From positions 1 through 64,000 of IMG/VR virus record IMGVR_UViG_3300042197_003333: a DNA stretch of 64,000 bases; one strand, 5' to 3'. Positions 10,107-19,924 of this stretch are shown one piece after another (the stretch's first letter is position 1; the number at the start of each line of letters is the position of its first letter). Source of the DNA: a virus. Below the pieces are notes generated by a model. That model saw nothing but the letters and a program-made list of their open reading frames with translations. It did not search any database and was not told the DNA's origin. A program made the translations under genes and the position numbers.

Positions 10107-10184
10107 ATGAAAAAAACTTATTCTTATTTCTTTATCGGTGTTACACTTTTGATTATTGCAACAATGCTTGAAAGATGTAGTTAA
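10107..10184 (+). CDS. Putative 25-aa hydrophobic peptide
   Basis: Manual translation MKKTYSYFFIGVTLLIIATMLERCS directly after TACATTTG (10092). Confidence 0.4.
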   Translation: MKKTYSYFFIGVTLLIIATMLERCS

Positions 10185-10225
10185 TTTTTTATAAATTAAT
10201 AATATTTATATAAAAAAATATTATT

Positions 10226-10513
10226 ATGAAAAAAACAATTAGACTAACAGAAAGAGATTTAACAAGACTTGTTAAAAAAATACTTAGCGAGCAACCAGAG
10301 TTATATGACATGGAGTTAGATGCAATGAAAGAAATAAAACATGAAATTGAAAAGTTAATTGATTTCGCCGAAGGTAAGTGCATGGAAGTATATTCTGATG
10401 AGACAAGATGTGAAAATTTTTTAAAGGTTATGTCAGAAACACCTCTAAAAGATATAGTAATCGACTACAAAAATATTTTTAACAACTTACGACCTGATAA
10501 AGTAAAATATTAA
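10226..10513 (+). CDS. Leader-bearing hypothetical protein
   Basis: MKKTIRLTERDLTRLVKKILSEQ. Confidence 0.8.
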   Translation: MKKTIRLTERDLTRLVKKILSEQPELYDMELDAMKEIKHEIEKLIDFAEGKCMEVYSDETRCENFLKVMSETPLKDIVIDYKNIFNNLRPDKVKY

Positions 10514-10567
10514 AAGCCAAAAAAACTCGGGTATTCTTTGTCCGATTAATTAATAAAGTAAAAAATA

Positions 10568-10795
10568 TTAATCTTTTGTTAGTTCAAAGGTCATTCCTCC
10601 TGAATTTTCTGATGGAAAATTATTTTTTCCAGGACCGCAAGAAGCGCAACTTTTAGTTCTGTCAAGAGTAATTCCTCTTGCTGCAAGTTCTTTTGAAAAT
10701 TTGTGAGGACTCATTCCGTACAACCTTGCAATTTCTTCTAATCTTCTATTTTGAACAAAATATAGTGTTAAAACATCTTCTTTGCGTATATTCAT
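10568..10795 (-). CDS. Small HTH-like protein with CxxC
   Basis: LEEIARLYGMSPHKFSKEL helix-turn-helix-like pattern; CASC. Confidence 0.55.
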   Translation of the reverse strand: MNIRKEDVLTLYFVQNRRLEEIARLYGMSPHKFSKELAARGITLDRTKSCASCGPGKNNFPSENSGGMTFELTKD

Positions 10796-10817
10796 ATCTA
10801 GTAAATATTTATGATAT

Positions 10818-11147
10818 ATGAAATATTTGATAACAGAAAGTAGATATAATAAAGTAATTAAACAATTTATTGAATCAAGATATGATAATATTGTATCCGT
10901 TAGTTTTGAAGATACTTCTGTTTGGCTTGCAAGTGAAAATAAATCCCATAGTAGAACACTTATTAAAATAATAATTGACCCTCATAAAATTCTTGATGGT
11001 AACATTAATGGAAATTTTATAGGTTATAACAGGAATTTAAGAATAGACATTTGGAATGACCTTAATAAATTATTTAATTTAAAACTTGATAAATATGGGT
11101 CAGATTGGGACATTGCAATATATGGAGTTAAATTAGAACCTATTTAA
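10818..11147 (+). CDS. Leader-bearing hypothetical protein
   Basis: MKYLITESRY start. Confidence 0.75.
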   Translation: MKYLITESRYNKVIKQFIESRYDNIVSVSFEDTSVWLASENKSHSRTLIKIIIDPHKILDGNINGNFIGYNRNLRIDIWNDLNKLFNLKLDKYGSDWDIAIYGVKLEPI

Positions 11148-11149
11148 AA

Positions 11150-11593
11150 ATGGAATATAGAATTACAAAAAAACAATATGACGCTCTTGTAAATAAATTA
11201 TTAAAGTCTTACTTGGGCGCTGTCAGTTCTGTAGAAAGCGAAAGCTATTATGAGTTATTTTCAGGGAAAGAGCAATCTTCAAATTTTGCGGATATATGGA
11301 AAAGAAAAAAACACGAATTTGGATGCAAAAAAGAATTAGTGTTCCATTTTGATACTAGCTCATATTTAACTAGGTTTGTTCCTGTGATTAAGAAAAAAAG
11401 ATTTGGAAAATTATTAATAGATTACATTTATAAACAAACTGGTATTTTGGCAGATTGTGTTGACTATGACTATGATTTTAAACTAGAAAAGAAACAAGAC
11501 CCAACTGACTCCGATTATGACGCCGATTATGATGACTTTGACTATCGTTCTAAAAATTATAGTAGAAAATTAATAAAAAAGAAAAGGAAATAA
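11150..11593 (+). CDS. Hypothetical protein
   Basis: MEYRITKKQY start (leader variant). Confidence 0.7.
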   Translation: MEYRITKKQYDALVNKLLKSYLGAVSSVESESYYELFSGKEQSSNFADIWKRKKHEFGCKKELVFHFDTSSYLTRFVPVIKKKRFGKLLIDYIYKQTGILADCVDYDYDFKLEKKQDPTDSDYDADYDDFDYRSKNYSRKLIKKKRK

Positions 11594-11638
11594 TTTTTTT
11601 TGGTTTCAAAATTTTGTATATCTTTGTAAAAAAAAGAT

Positions 11639-12082
11639 ATGACAAGATTATTCATTATTTTACTATCAATTTTGTTTACAGGTTGTTATAAAGAAACAGA
11701 TAGACCTGAACCAAAAAAATACTATATAACATGTATGGCTCATCATAATTGGAACCAAGTTAATGAGCTCGGAACTGGAATGGGAGAAGCTTCTTTTGGA
11801 TTTACAATCTTGGATGAATATAATCATTTAATTTGGGAAAAAACAGGATACATTCAAAACCAAACTTTATATTTTGATGCTATTGGGTCATCAGGTCAAT
11901 ATTTAACTATGTATGTTTCAGTAACCGATGTTTGGGATTACGCTTCCGCAACTATTGAAATAAATGGACAATTGGAGGGATTTATATCTACCAATGACCA
12001 GTTTATAAATCAAAGTGCGGGATTTTACTTTAAAAACATTAATGGAAAAGAATTTTTGGTAAAAGAAATTAAACTATCTTGA
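11639..12082 (+). CDS. Lipoprotein
   Basis: LFTGC lipobox; TATCTTTG promoter box at 11619. Confidence 0.7.
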   Translation: MTRLFIILLSILFTGCYKETDRPEPKKYYITCMAHHNWNQVNELGTGMGEASFGFTILDEYNHLIWEKTGYIQNQTLYFDAIGSSGQYLTMYVSVTDVWDYASATIEINGQLEGFISTNDQFINQSAGFYFKNINGKEFLVKEIKLS

Positions 12083-12138
12083 TTATTCAGGGTAAAAGAA
12101 CTAAATTTGAACAAACAAATAAAAATTAAATAAAAATT

Positions 12139-13233
12139 ATGAAAAAAACATTTCTTTCTTTCTTCGCATCGTTGTTGAGCATTTTCGCAATCGGGCAACC
12201 ACTTAATTTTAATCAGATAATGAGAGTAACTATTATAGATACTAATCTGACCGCTTCCTGTGATTTCCAAGTTTATTTTACATATTCGTTGCCGGATGAT
12301 TCTGTATCATACACCACTAATTGCGTTTTTGATTCGGTAGATATTGATTTGACTGAATCTGAAACATTTTATACATGTACAGTTGAGCATTTTGATGTTG
12401 ATACTATTGAATCTTACAATTGGACAATTTGTATTGATGCTATTTTTCCTTGCACTCCATCCGCCGATACGTGTAGAAGTGGTATACTTTATCCAAATAT
12501 GGGTTCTGGAAGTATATATGGACAAATTTTTTATGTTGATGATAATTTAATTGATTACGACCAAGATGGATACCCTTCAAACTTTGATTGTGACGATAAT
12601 AATCCTATTGTATACCCAACTGCGCCAGAACTATGTGATGGTATTGACAACAATTGTGATGGTATTTCAGATTCATTAAATTACCCAACAATTGACATGC
12701 ACTTTGTTGATGACTCACTTGTTGAGGACACCTCATCAATTTATGTGGTTTGTCAAGTAGAGGGGGGTGATTCATTTATGTGGGATTTTAATGGACAAAT
12801 GGTTGATTCACTTTATACTGAAGTGTCATTCGTAGATACTGGTCTTTATACCATTTGTCTTTACGCTTCGGCTAACGGAGGGTGTGTGACTGACTCTTGT
12901 CTATCTTTTGAAATTGATTCAATGGGTTCGTGGTCGCCAAACGGAATGCCAACTGCATATACATTATATGTTGTACCTGAATATATTACAAATTCGGTAT
13001 CTGAAATAACAAATACTCTTGTCGTGTATCCAAATCCTGTATCAAACAACATCACAATTCAAAACAATAATTCGGTTAATATTCAAATTACATCTTTATC
13101 TGGCGGTTTGGTTTATTCACAAAAACATAATGGATTAATCAATATTAATGTTGAAGACCTATCTAGTGGAATTTATATTCTTAATATGAATGATGGTCTG
13201 ACAAATAAAGTTTGTAGGTTTGTAAAACAATAA
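12139..13233 (+). CDS. Secreted protein with MopE-related metal-binding motif, PKD-like domain and T9SS type A C-terminal sorting domain
   Basis: Signal peptide ending AIG-Q; DYDQDGY..DCDDNNPIVYPTAPELCDGIDNNCDG; C-terminal VYPNPVSN...LSSGIYIL...FVKQ. Confidence 0.8.
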   Translation: MKKTFLSFFASLLSIFAIGQPLNFNQIMRVTIIDTNLTASCDFQVYFTYSLPDDSVSYTTNCVFDSVDIDLTESETFYTCTVEHFDVDTIESYNWTICIDAIFPCTPSADTCRSGILYPNMGSGSIYGQIFYVDDNLIDYDQDGYPSNFDCDDNNPIVYPTAPELCDGIDNNCDGISDSLNYPTIDMHFVDDSLVEDTSSIYVVCQVEGGDSFMWDFNGQMVDSLYTEVSFVDTGLYTICLYASANGGCVTDSCLSFEIDSMGSWSPNGMPTAYTLYVVPEYITNSVSEITNTLVVYPNPVSNNITIQNNNSVNIQITSLSGGLVYSQKHNGLININVEDLSSGIYILNMNDGLTNKVCRFVKQ

Positions 13234-13257
13234 TATAAAAAGTAACTATAATTTAAA

Positions 13258-13305
13258 AACCCTTCCATATTAGGAGGGGTTTTTTGTTTTTTGATATATT
13301 TATAA
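13258..13305 (+). terminator. Terminator plus TATTTAT unit, near-identical copy at 14606-14652
   Basis: aaacccttccatattaggaggggttttttgttttt(t)gatatatttataa occurs twice. Confidence 0.75.
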
Positions 13306-13317
13306 AAAAAAAGAATT

Positions 13318-13851
13318 ATGTCAAAAAAATTTATAATTTCAGAAGAAGAAAGAAAACATTTAAAATCACTTTACGAGAATAAGGGTATTTTAAATGAACT
13401 TGAGACAAATACCGCTAGCGGAGTTGATTCCGCTTCTGCAAGGCAAAATTTGCAACCACAAGGTGATAAAGGTACATATACTTGGGAGTCAGCACTTAAA
13501 AAATTTCCTTGTCTTAATACTTATGCGACAGATAAAAAGATTTATAATAATGGAAGTTACGATTATGTAAAAATTAAATATGAAAATAACCCATATAATG
13601 CGTTTTTAAACGATGGTCATTTGTATGATATGAAAACAAAAGAATTTACTCAAAAATATTTGGGTAAAGAAGTTCCTTGTAATAAATCAAGTAGTGATGT
13701 ATCGGGTGTTAAATCAAGTAGTAATGTATCGTACAATAACAAATATATTGATGAACTATCTCAAAAATTGCAACTACAAGGAAAAACTGAACAGGAAAAA
13801 ATAAATCAAATTATGGCTGAACTGAATAAACTAACACCAAAAACGGCATGA
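13318..13851 (+). CDS. Leader-bearing hypothetical protein
   Basis: MSKKFIISEEERKHLKSLYE..ILNE. Confidence 0.8.
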   Translation: MSKKFIISEEERKHLKSLYENKGILNELETNTASGVDSASARQNLQPQGDKGTYTWESALKKFPCLNTYATDKKIYNNGSYDYVKIKYENNPYNAFLNDGHLYDMKTKEFTQKYLGKEVPCNKSSSDVSGVKSSSNVSYNNKYIDELSQKLQLQGKTEQEKINQIMAELNKLTPKTA

Positions 13852-14585
13852 TGAAACATATTTTAAACGAAGAAATAAATCAAATAAAATATCTTTTTAA
13901 TTACAAAAAAGGTATTGTAATATCTGAACAAAGTGCGGACAAAGTTACCAATTTTACCGTAAAAAATATTCAAGACAAATTAATTCAATTAGGGTATAAA
14001 GATATTTTATCTAATCAAGGTAAAATTAAAAACCCATCGGATGGTAAGTTTGGTCCGGCAACTATGGCAGCAATTACAAAGGCGATACAAGATTCAAAAA
14101 CGCAGGCACCAGTATCAACAACCGATACCGCCAAAACAACTCCCACTACAACAACTACAGCAACTGCGGATACTACAACTGCTACAGCTCCTACAACATC
14201 ACCAACAACTGCTACAGCTCCTACAACATCACCATCAACTGCCGCCACAACTCCTGCAAATACTACTAAACCAACACAAACAGAACAATGGTGTGAAAAA
14301 AATACAATATTAGATGATGAAAAATGTTATTCTGTTGTAGGTATGAAATATGAAGACGCCGAAAGAAAAGTTCGCAATGACGCTAAAAAAGATGGGGAAC
14401 ATAGATTTAAAAGAGATGAATTTTGGGATGATAACTCTAAAACATTAATTAGAATATATGGAAGTAAGAGTCGTACATCAAAAGAAATTGAAAAAAGAAA
14501 TATTCAAAAACAACAAACTAATGTTGTTCCGAAACCCAGCTATAGTACTAGAGATGTAAAACAATCATTAGATGATAATGTTTAA
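13848..14585 (+). CDS. Leader-bearing protein with peptidoglycan-binding domain and Thr/Ala/Pro linker
   Basis: IQDKLIQLGY...DGKFGPATMAAI (PG_binding_1-like); leader ends VISEQ. Confidence 0.7.
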   Translation: MMKHILNEEINQIKYLFNYKKGIVISEQSADKVTNFTVKNIQDKLIQLGYKDILSNQGKIKNPSDGKFGPATMAAITKAIQDSKTQAPVSTTDTAKTTPTTTTTATADTTTATAPTTSPTTATAPTTSPSTAATTPANTTKPTQTEQWCEKNTILDDEKCYSVVGMKYEDAERKVRNDAKKDGEHRFKRDEFWDDNSKTLIRIYGSKSRTSKEIEKRNIQKQQTNVVPKPSYSTRDVKQSLDDNV

Positions 14586-14656
14586 CAATGTAAAATAACT
14601 AAATAAACCCTTCCATATTAGGAGGGGTTTTTTGTTTTTGATATATTTATAAGGTA

Positions 14657-15550
14657 ATGAGAGAATTAATCAAAAGAATACTAAAAGAAGAGGCCGAAAT
14701 GACAGAAATGGGAATTAGTCTAAAAAGACTAAAAACACTTCAGCCAAAACAATATTTGGTTAAATCATCAGCAAAGGAAAAAAAATCAGCAGAAAAAAAA
14801 GAAGTATTAAAAGATATTACCAAAGATGTTAATTCATTATATGTAAAAATTACTGAAGATTTAAGAAATATTAATTGGCAAGATTTGACTCTTAATAAAC
14901 AAATGTTAAAAGGAACCAATTTTTATCATGTCATTTTTCCAAGTAAAATAATGAACAACATAGATGAACTTGTTTCTTTATATACAACATTAGAAGAAAA
15001 TAACTACACTAATTTAATTACTCCTTCAGATAAGATACAACAACTTGTCGATGATTATTTTGACGTTATTGAAGACGAAAACATTTATGTATATGTTGAC
15101 GAACCAAGAAATAGAAGTCATTTTCCTCAAGGCCTTCCATCATCGTTATTGGGTTATAATTTGGGTTTAAAAATATATAAAAAACTTCTTGATGATTTAT
15201 CATTTATTCAGTCTGACCCACTTGCAACAAAAGAAGTCCAAGCGATATATAAAAAATTAATTTCTTCACCTGACGTAAATACAATATTATATAAAGAATC
15301 AACTATCTTAATTGATAGACAGATAGACAGATATTACAAGATAAGAATTTTAGAAGAAAGTATATACGAAAAATACCTACAAAATAATACATCACGAAAA
15401 CTTATTTTAGATAGAACAATAATTCTTGACTCAAGTTTAAAAAAAGAAATTGGAGTAAATAGGATACAGAAAATGATTGATGACATATATTATTATGCAA
15501 AAGAAAATACAAGAACTCCTTTTGCTGACCTTGACTCAGATTTTTATTAA
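14657..15550 (+). CDS. Leader-bearing hypothetical protein
   Basis: MRELIKRILKEE; 297 aa. Confidence 0.75.
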   Translation: MRELIKRILKEEAEMTEMGISLKRLKTLQPKQYLVKSSAKEKKSAEKKEVLKDITKDVNSLYVKITEDLRNINWQDLTLNKQMLKGTNFYHVIFPSKIMNNIDELVSLYTTLEENNYTNLITPSDKIQQLVDDYFDVIEDENIYVYVDEPRNRSHFPQGLPSSLLGYNLGLKIYKKLLDDLSFIQSDPLATKEVQAIYKKLISSPDVNTILYKESTILIDRQIDRYYKIRILEESIYEKYLQNNTSRKLILDRTIILDSSLKKEIGVNRIQKMIDDIYYYAKENTRTPFADLDSDFY

Positions 15551-15559
15551 ATTTGTAAA

Positions 15560-16072
15560 ATGAATTACGACGAACTAATCCAAAAGTATGTTAAATCGTT
15601 TTCAAAAGGCAAAGATTTTGAAGTTAAAGCCGATAAATACGATTGGTTTACCGAAATTGTTTTTGTAATTGATACTGAAAAAATTGATAAAAATAGTAAA
15701 AGATATGACCCAACTTATAGTAAAAAATTTTTTGATGAAAAAAATTTAAATAGGAGAATGGTTGCTGGAATTAGAATATCACTAAGAAATTGGGCAATTA
15801 CTCATTTTATACGTGATATGAAAAAAGTTCTTTCTTTACCTAAAATGGAGATTAGACCAAAATTTGAATATATAAATTATGATTATTTAAATCAATTTGA
15901 AACTAAAATAAATAAAGCAATAAAAAAAACATCAAGTCCCAATACAAGAATTGAATTTTATTTGGACGGAGACGCTCCAAACGCAAAAATTGAAATTACA
16001 AATTTTACTTATAATAATAAAGATGAAATATTTAATTTTGTTGAGGAGATTCAAAAAAAAAATAGACATTGA
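15560..16072 (+). CDS. Hypothetical protein (possible A10 slip near 3' end)
   Basis: 170-aa ORF. Confidence 0.7.
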   Translation: MNYDELIQKYVKSFSKGKDFEVKADKYDWFTEIVFVIDTEKIDKNSKRYDPTYSKKFFDEKNLNRRMVAGIRISLRNWAITHFIRDMKKVLSLPKMEIRPKFEYINYDYLNQFETKINKAIKKTSSPNTRIEFYLDGDAPNAKIEITNFTYNNKDEIFNFVEEIQKKNRH

Positions 16073-16121
16073 CCTTTCTATCTATCCTTGGTCTGTAAAA
16101 AATTAATAAAAAATAAACATT

Positions 16122-16307
16122 ATGACACAACAAGAAAAAGCGCAGATGTATTCATTTCTTCTGTCCGAACATGACAAAATTTCAAATCAAATTGCATCAA
16201 TTAAAGGTGAATCAATTGACTTAAATGCAGAACAATTGCAAAGAATTTCAAAACTTCAATCACGACTTGGTGGAATTTCAAATCAAATGATGTCAATGAT
16301 GAAATAA
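16122..16307 (+). CDS. Small coiled-coil protein
   Basis: 61-aa ORF followed by terminator hairpin 16312-16338. Confidence 0.65.
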   Translation: MTQQEKAQMYSFLLSEHDKISNQIASIKGESIDLNAEQLQRISKLQSRLGGISNQMMSMMK

Positions 16308-16359
16308 AAAAAAATACCCCTTATATTAGGGGTATTTTGATTTTAATTAACTTTTCTGA

Positions 16360-16785
16360 TTAGTTAATTGATACTACTTCCAAATCAAAGATTAATTTTT
16401 TTCCAGCGAGTGGATGATTCATATCAAGCACTACCGATGAATCTTTGACTTCTTTAACCACAACTTGAAATGGTCCTCTTTCATTTTGACCTTGCAACTG
16501 GTCTCCAACTTTTACTTCTTGAGGTACTTTATCTTTTGGAACTTCCTGAATTAACGTTTCGTTAACTTGTCCATAAGCTTCAGATGGCTCAATTTCAATT
16601 GTCTTTTTTTCTCCGACTGCCATTCCGATGAGACCACTCTCAAAACCTTTAATTAACTGCCCTTGACCTAGTTTGGCGTTTAGGGGAGTTCTTCCTTCCT
16701 GAATTGATGTGTCAAATACAGTTCCATCTTCAAGTTTTCCAGTGTAATTAACGGAAACACTATCACCGTTTTTAATTTGTGCCAT
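16360..16785 (-). CDS. slyD: FKBP-type peptidyl-prolyl isomerase, SlyD-like (no His-rich tail)
   Basis: VNYTGKLEDGTVFDTS, GQGQLIKGFE, EAYG, DMNHPLAGKKLIFDLEVV. Confidence 0.92.
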   Translation of the reverse strand: MAQIKNGDSVSVNYTGKLEDGTVFDTSIQEGRTPLNAKLGQGQLIKGFESGLIGMAVGEKKTIEIEPSEAYGQVNETLIQEVPKDKVPQEVKVGDQLQGQNERGPFQVVVKEVKDSSVVLDMNHPLAGKKLIFDLEVVSIN

Positions 16786-16806
16786 TTTATTTTTTTTATA
16801 ATGATA

Positions 16807-17295
16807 TTAAACTTTTTCCAATATATCAATAAGCCATTCAGGTTTATATCCATTTTTCCATACCGCAAATTTCATTTTTGCTCCACGATAATAGTTCCTA
16901 TATGACTCAACAACATCAACTACCTTATATTCATCGGGCATTGCTTTTGGTGGTTCAGTAAACCCTATATCTTTTATTTTTGGTTTGTTGGTTAAACACC
17001 ATTCAATAACATCTTGTGATTTATGTCGTTTATTGTATCTATTGGTGTATTCTTCACAAAGAGCAAGTCCGAGTTCACAAAGATAAAGATAATTGGATAA
17101 TGAGGTTCTGGTCCATATAGAACAGGGGTGATTTTTGTGAGCGAGCTTGTACGGTACTTGGTCGGTTACTTGGTCGGTCATATGGTGAGCGGAACAAAGA
17201 AGTTGAGCTGTTTCAAGAATCATTTTGACCACATGTTTATCACAATGGTCTTTTGCGCATTTTTTTACATCCAAATCTAAAAAAAATATATTCAT
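16807..17295 (-). CDS. Pyrimidine-dimer DNA glycosylase/endonuclease V-like protein
   Basis: MNIFFLD...HCDKHVVKMILETAQLL, HKNHPCSIW, AMPDEYK, YRNYY; TATATTTG at 17301. Confidence 0.75.
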   Translation of the reverse strand: MNIFFLDLDVKKCAKDHCDKHVVKMILETAQLLCSAHHMTDQVTDQVPYKLAHKNHPCSIWTRTSLSNYLYLCELGLALCEEYTNRYNKRHKSQDVIEWCLTNKPKIKDIGFTEPPKAMPDEYKVVDVVESYRNYYRGAKMKFAVWKNGYKPEWLIDILEKV

Positions 17296-17346
17296 TTGAG
17301 CAAATATACGAAATGATGAAGTATTTATAAAAAAAAAGAAAAAAAT

Positions 17347-18063
17347 ATGAAACAACTTTTTAAAATAGACGAATCGGAAAAAAGACGAATTCTAGAAATG
17401 CATGAAAATGCGACAAGAAGAAATTATTTGATGGAACAGGGAACTCCTGCACCTGCAACAACAGGAAACCAAAAAACACTGCCAAAAAAAGAAACCACAT
17501 TTAATACAATCACTGATTTTTACGGTATAGATATGCCAGTTAAAACTAGCTTATTGAAAATGAAATCTGCGGACGATATAAATAAATTAACAAGTATGAT
17601 GCCACAAAACCAAGAATTAGTAGATGAGATAAATAGTAAAGTTAAAGCTATGGGTTCTTTAGGTAAAGAAACTACAATTGGATTTCCTTCGGCAACTGAT
17701 GAGAATACAAAAAATTTAACATATAAGTATTTAAATGTTTTAATGACGGCCCCAATATGGAATATTGTTACTAGAATATGTGGTGAAGTTGTTAATCTAC
17801 CCGAAGATACGGGTAAAGCTATGGCTTGTACTTCAGGTATTAATTATGAGGTCTATAAAAAAGCTATGGATTTTTTGCTTACAAATAACCAATGGAAAAA
17901 CATATCAGAAGATGCTTTAGCGTCGTTCAAAGATGCTTATAATATGTTAGGGACTGGAGTTAAAAATGATTCTGGTTACCAAAAAATATTTGTACAAATT
18001 CAAAAAGCTCCACTCATCACAGCCCTATCTTCAATTGCAAATGAAAAATATCAATCTTTTTAA
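17347..18063 (+). CDS. Leader-bearing protein, variable cassette copy 1
   Basis: First 98 nt identical to 19189..19286, remainder divergent. Confidence 0.85.
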   Translation: MKQLFKIDESEKRRILEMHENATRRNYLMEQGTPAPATTGNQKTLPKKETTFNTITDFYGIDMPVKTSLLKMKSADDINKLTSMMPQNQELVDEINSKVKAMGSLGKETTIGFPSATDENTKNLTYKYLNVLMTAPIWNIVTRICGEVVNLPEDTGKAMACTSGINYEVYKKAMDFLLTNNQWKNISEDALASFKDAYNMLGTGVKNDSGYQKIFVQIQKAPLITALSSIANEKYQSF

Positions 18064-18102
18064 AAAAACTAATAAAAAAAAAGGGAATTAATTTCCCTTT
18101 TT

Positions 18103-18537
18103 TTATTTTGTAATATAAACATCTTCTTTATCTCCAATCCATATAAATCCATCCATCATGCCATCAATTTCAAATTCAAATATATAAATGAATTGCGATT
18201 CGTCTTCAGTTCTTGCCAATTTTTCATAACAAACCCAATCATTATCATTTACTGTAATACTATAGAGTAGATTAGTTTTTTCAATAGTTAATATTTTATC
18301 TTCAAAACCATTAAAAATTACTTTTTTATTATTCAAATCTGTTACCATTTTTATTGGTCCTTTATCGGATATTGAACTAGTTGTTACATTGAGGCTGTCT
18401 TTTTTAAATGCCTCTATAGCGTCCATACCAATTGGATGAATAAAATTGTAAACAGTATCTATATAAAAACTAATAACCTGTGAAGAACAAGTGATACTTG
18501 ATACGATAAATGCGATTGTTACGATAATGGTTTTCAT
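18103..18537 (-). CDS. Secreted/periplasmic protein, cassette copy 1
   Basis: Signal peptide MKTIIVTIAFIVSSITC identical to 19925..20344. Confidence 0.8.
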   Translation of the reverse strand: MKTIIVTIAFIVSSITCSSQVISFYIDTVYNFIHPIGMDAIEAFKKDSLNVTTSSISDKGPIKMVTDLNNKKVIFNGFEDKILTIEKTNLLYSITVNDNDWVCYEKLARTEDESQFIYIFEFEIDGMMDGFIWIGDKEDVYITK

Positions 18538-18580
18538 AGTGTTTAAATTTTAGAGTACAAATATACGTAAATTTAAGTTA

Positions 18581-18680
18581 TCAATCCAAATTTTTTAATA
18601 TATTTTCCACAATTGAATTCAATTATTTTTTCTTTATATTAAATTTTATGTTTTTTGCATTCCAATTAAGCTCCCCTTTT
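18581..18680 (-). pseudogene. Degenerate remnant of the 3' end of the GIY-YIG gene
   Basis: Matches 20388-20405 joined to about 20510-20592, with the intervening ~105 nt lost between TTTTTTAA microhomologies. Confidence 0.7.
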
Positions 18681-18691
18681 TATTTTAATTA

Positions 18692-19051
18692 TTAGTATTT
18701 AATACTAACCGAGAAATCTTTTTCTTTTGCAAATCGGCCCTCAATTTCATCGGGTAGGTCATAGTATTCAATTAAAAAGATTTTTTCTTTAGTGTCAGTT
18801 TTGTTTGTAATCAAATACGTGGTACCTTCTTCTGTTGTAATGTCAAGATTGTTACCATTTTTGTAAAAAATAACCCCAACGTGAGTCAAATCTGAATTTG
18901 TTGCCATTTGAAGCATTTTACTTTGAGATGACTTAGATGTGTGAAAAATGATGTCACCATCTTTAAATTTGGTAGTATCATTTTCTAAAAGTTCTGACTT
19001 ACAACTAGTTAATGAAACTAACAAAGAAAGTAATACAAGTAATTTTTTCAT
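18692..19051 (-). CDS. Chimeric lipoprotein: truncated YiiX/YebB-like (permuted NlpC/P60) N-terminus fused to cassette-type C-terminus
   Basis: LTSC lipobox; KDGDIIFHTSKSSQS..ATNSDLTHVGVIF; tail IFLIEYY..IEGRF resembles YLFEYRDG..IKGFF of 19925..20344. Confidence 0.6.
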   Translation of the reverse strand: MKKLLVLLSLLVSLTSCKSELLENDTTKFKDGDIIFHTSKSSQSKMLQMATNSDLTHVGVIFYKNGNNLDITTEEGTTYLITNKTDTKEKIFLIEYYDLPDEIEGRFAKEKDFSVSIKY

Positions 19052-19188
19052 TTTGTATAGGGTTATTGATTATTGTGGTACAAATATAAATACTTTTTTT
19101 TGTTTTGCCAAATTTTTATATATAAAAAATATGGATTTATTTATAAAATATTAAATTTTTGATGTATTTATAAATAAAAGAAAAAAAT

Positions 19189-19875
19189 ATGAAACAACTT
19201 TTTAAAATAGACGAATCGGAAAAAAGACGAATTCTAGAAATGCATGAAAATGCGACAAGAAGAAATTATTTGATGGAACAGGGAACACCCGCACCTAACA
19301 CTCCACAACCGACATCTCCACCAGCAAGACAGGAAGTACAACCTTCGGGAAATGTTGTAAATGGTAAAACTTATAAAATTCAAAATATTACGGATGACAG
19401 TTCATTATACTTATTTACTAATTTTGGTTTACTAAATACTGAGACAGCAGGAACCCCTTTTGGCCCAAGGAGTCATAGTAACTTAGGTTGGATGGCATCG
19501 ACAGTAGGTTCTACAGTTGGGAATGAAGTTTATAAATTAGAACAATCAAATAAATTTCATGAAAAAGACCTTGGAACTGAAAAATTTGAACAGTTAAAAA
19601 AACAAGCGGAAACCGATGTTATGAAAATTGTAAATGAGTTAGATATTATTGCACAAAATTATACTTTACCTGAACTATGTAATAAAACAGAAAAACCTCT
19701 ACCTCAAGGAGTAAGCTCAAAAGCTTTAGCTATTGCTCAACAAAGAGTAGGGCCCGATATGGGACGACTCAGTTTAAATTGGTGTGGTCAACAAAAAACA
19801 GGAACAAACGCTAAAAATAAAAGAGAACAAATTCAAAAAGATAGAGAGTTTGCACAACAAAGAGCAAAGGCTTAA
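19189..19875 (+). CDS. Leader-bearing protein, variable cassette copy 2
   Basis: Identical leader MKQLFKIDESEKRRILEMHENATRRNYLMEQG. Confidence 0.85.
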   Translation: MKQLFKIDESEKRRILEMHENATRRNYLMEQGTPAPNTPQPTSPPARQEVQPSGNVVNGKTYKIQNITDDSSLYLFTNFGLLNTETAGTPFGPRSHSNLGWMASTVGSTVGNEVYKLEQSNKFHEKDLGTEKFEQLKKQAETDVMKIVNELDIIAQNYTLPELCNKTEKPLPQGVSSKALAIAQQRVGPDMGRLSLNWCGQQKTGTNAKNKREQIQKDREFAQQRAKA

Positions 19876-19924
19876 AAAAAGGGACAGAAAGTCCCTTTTT
19901 ATTTTTTAAAATTATTTGATAATT

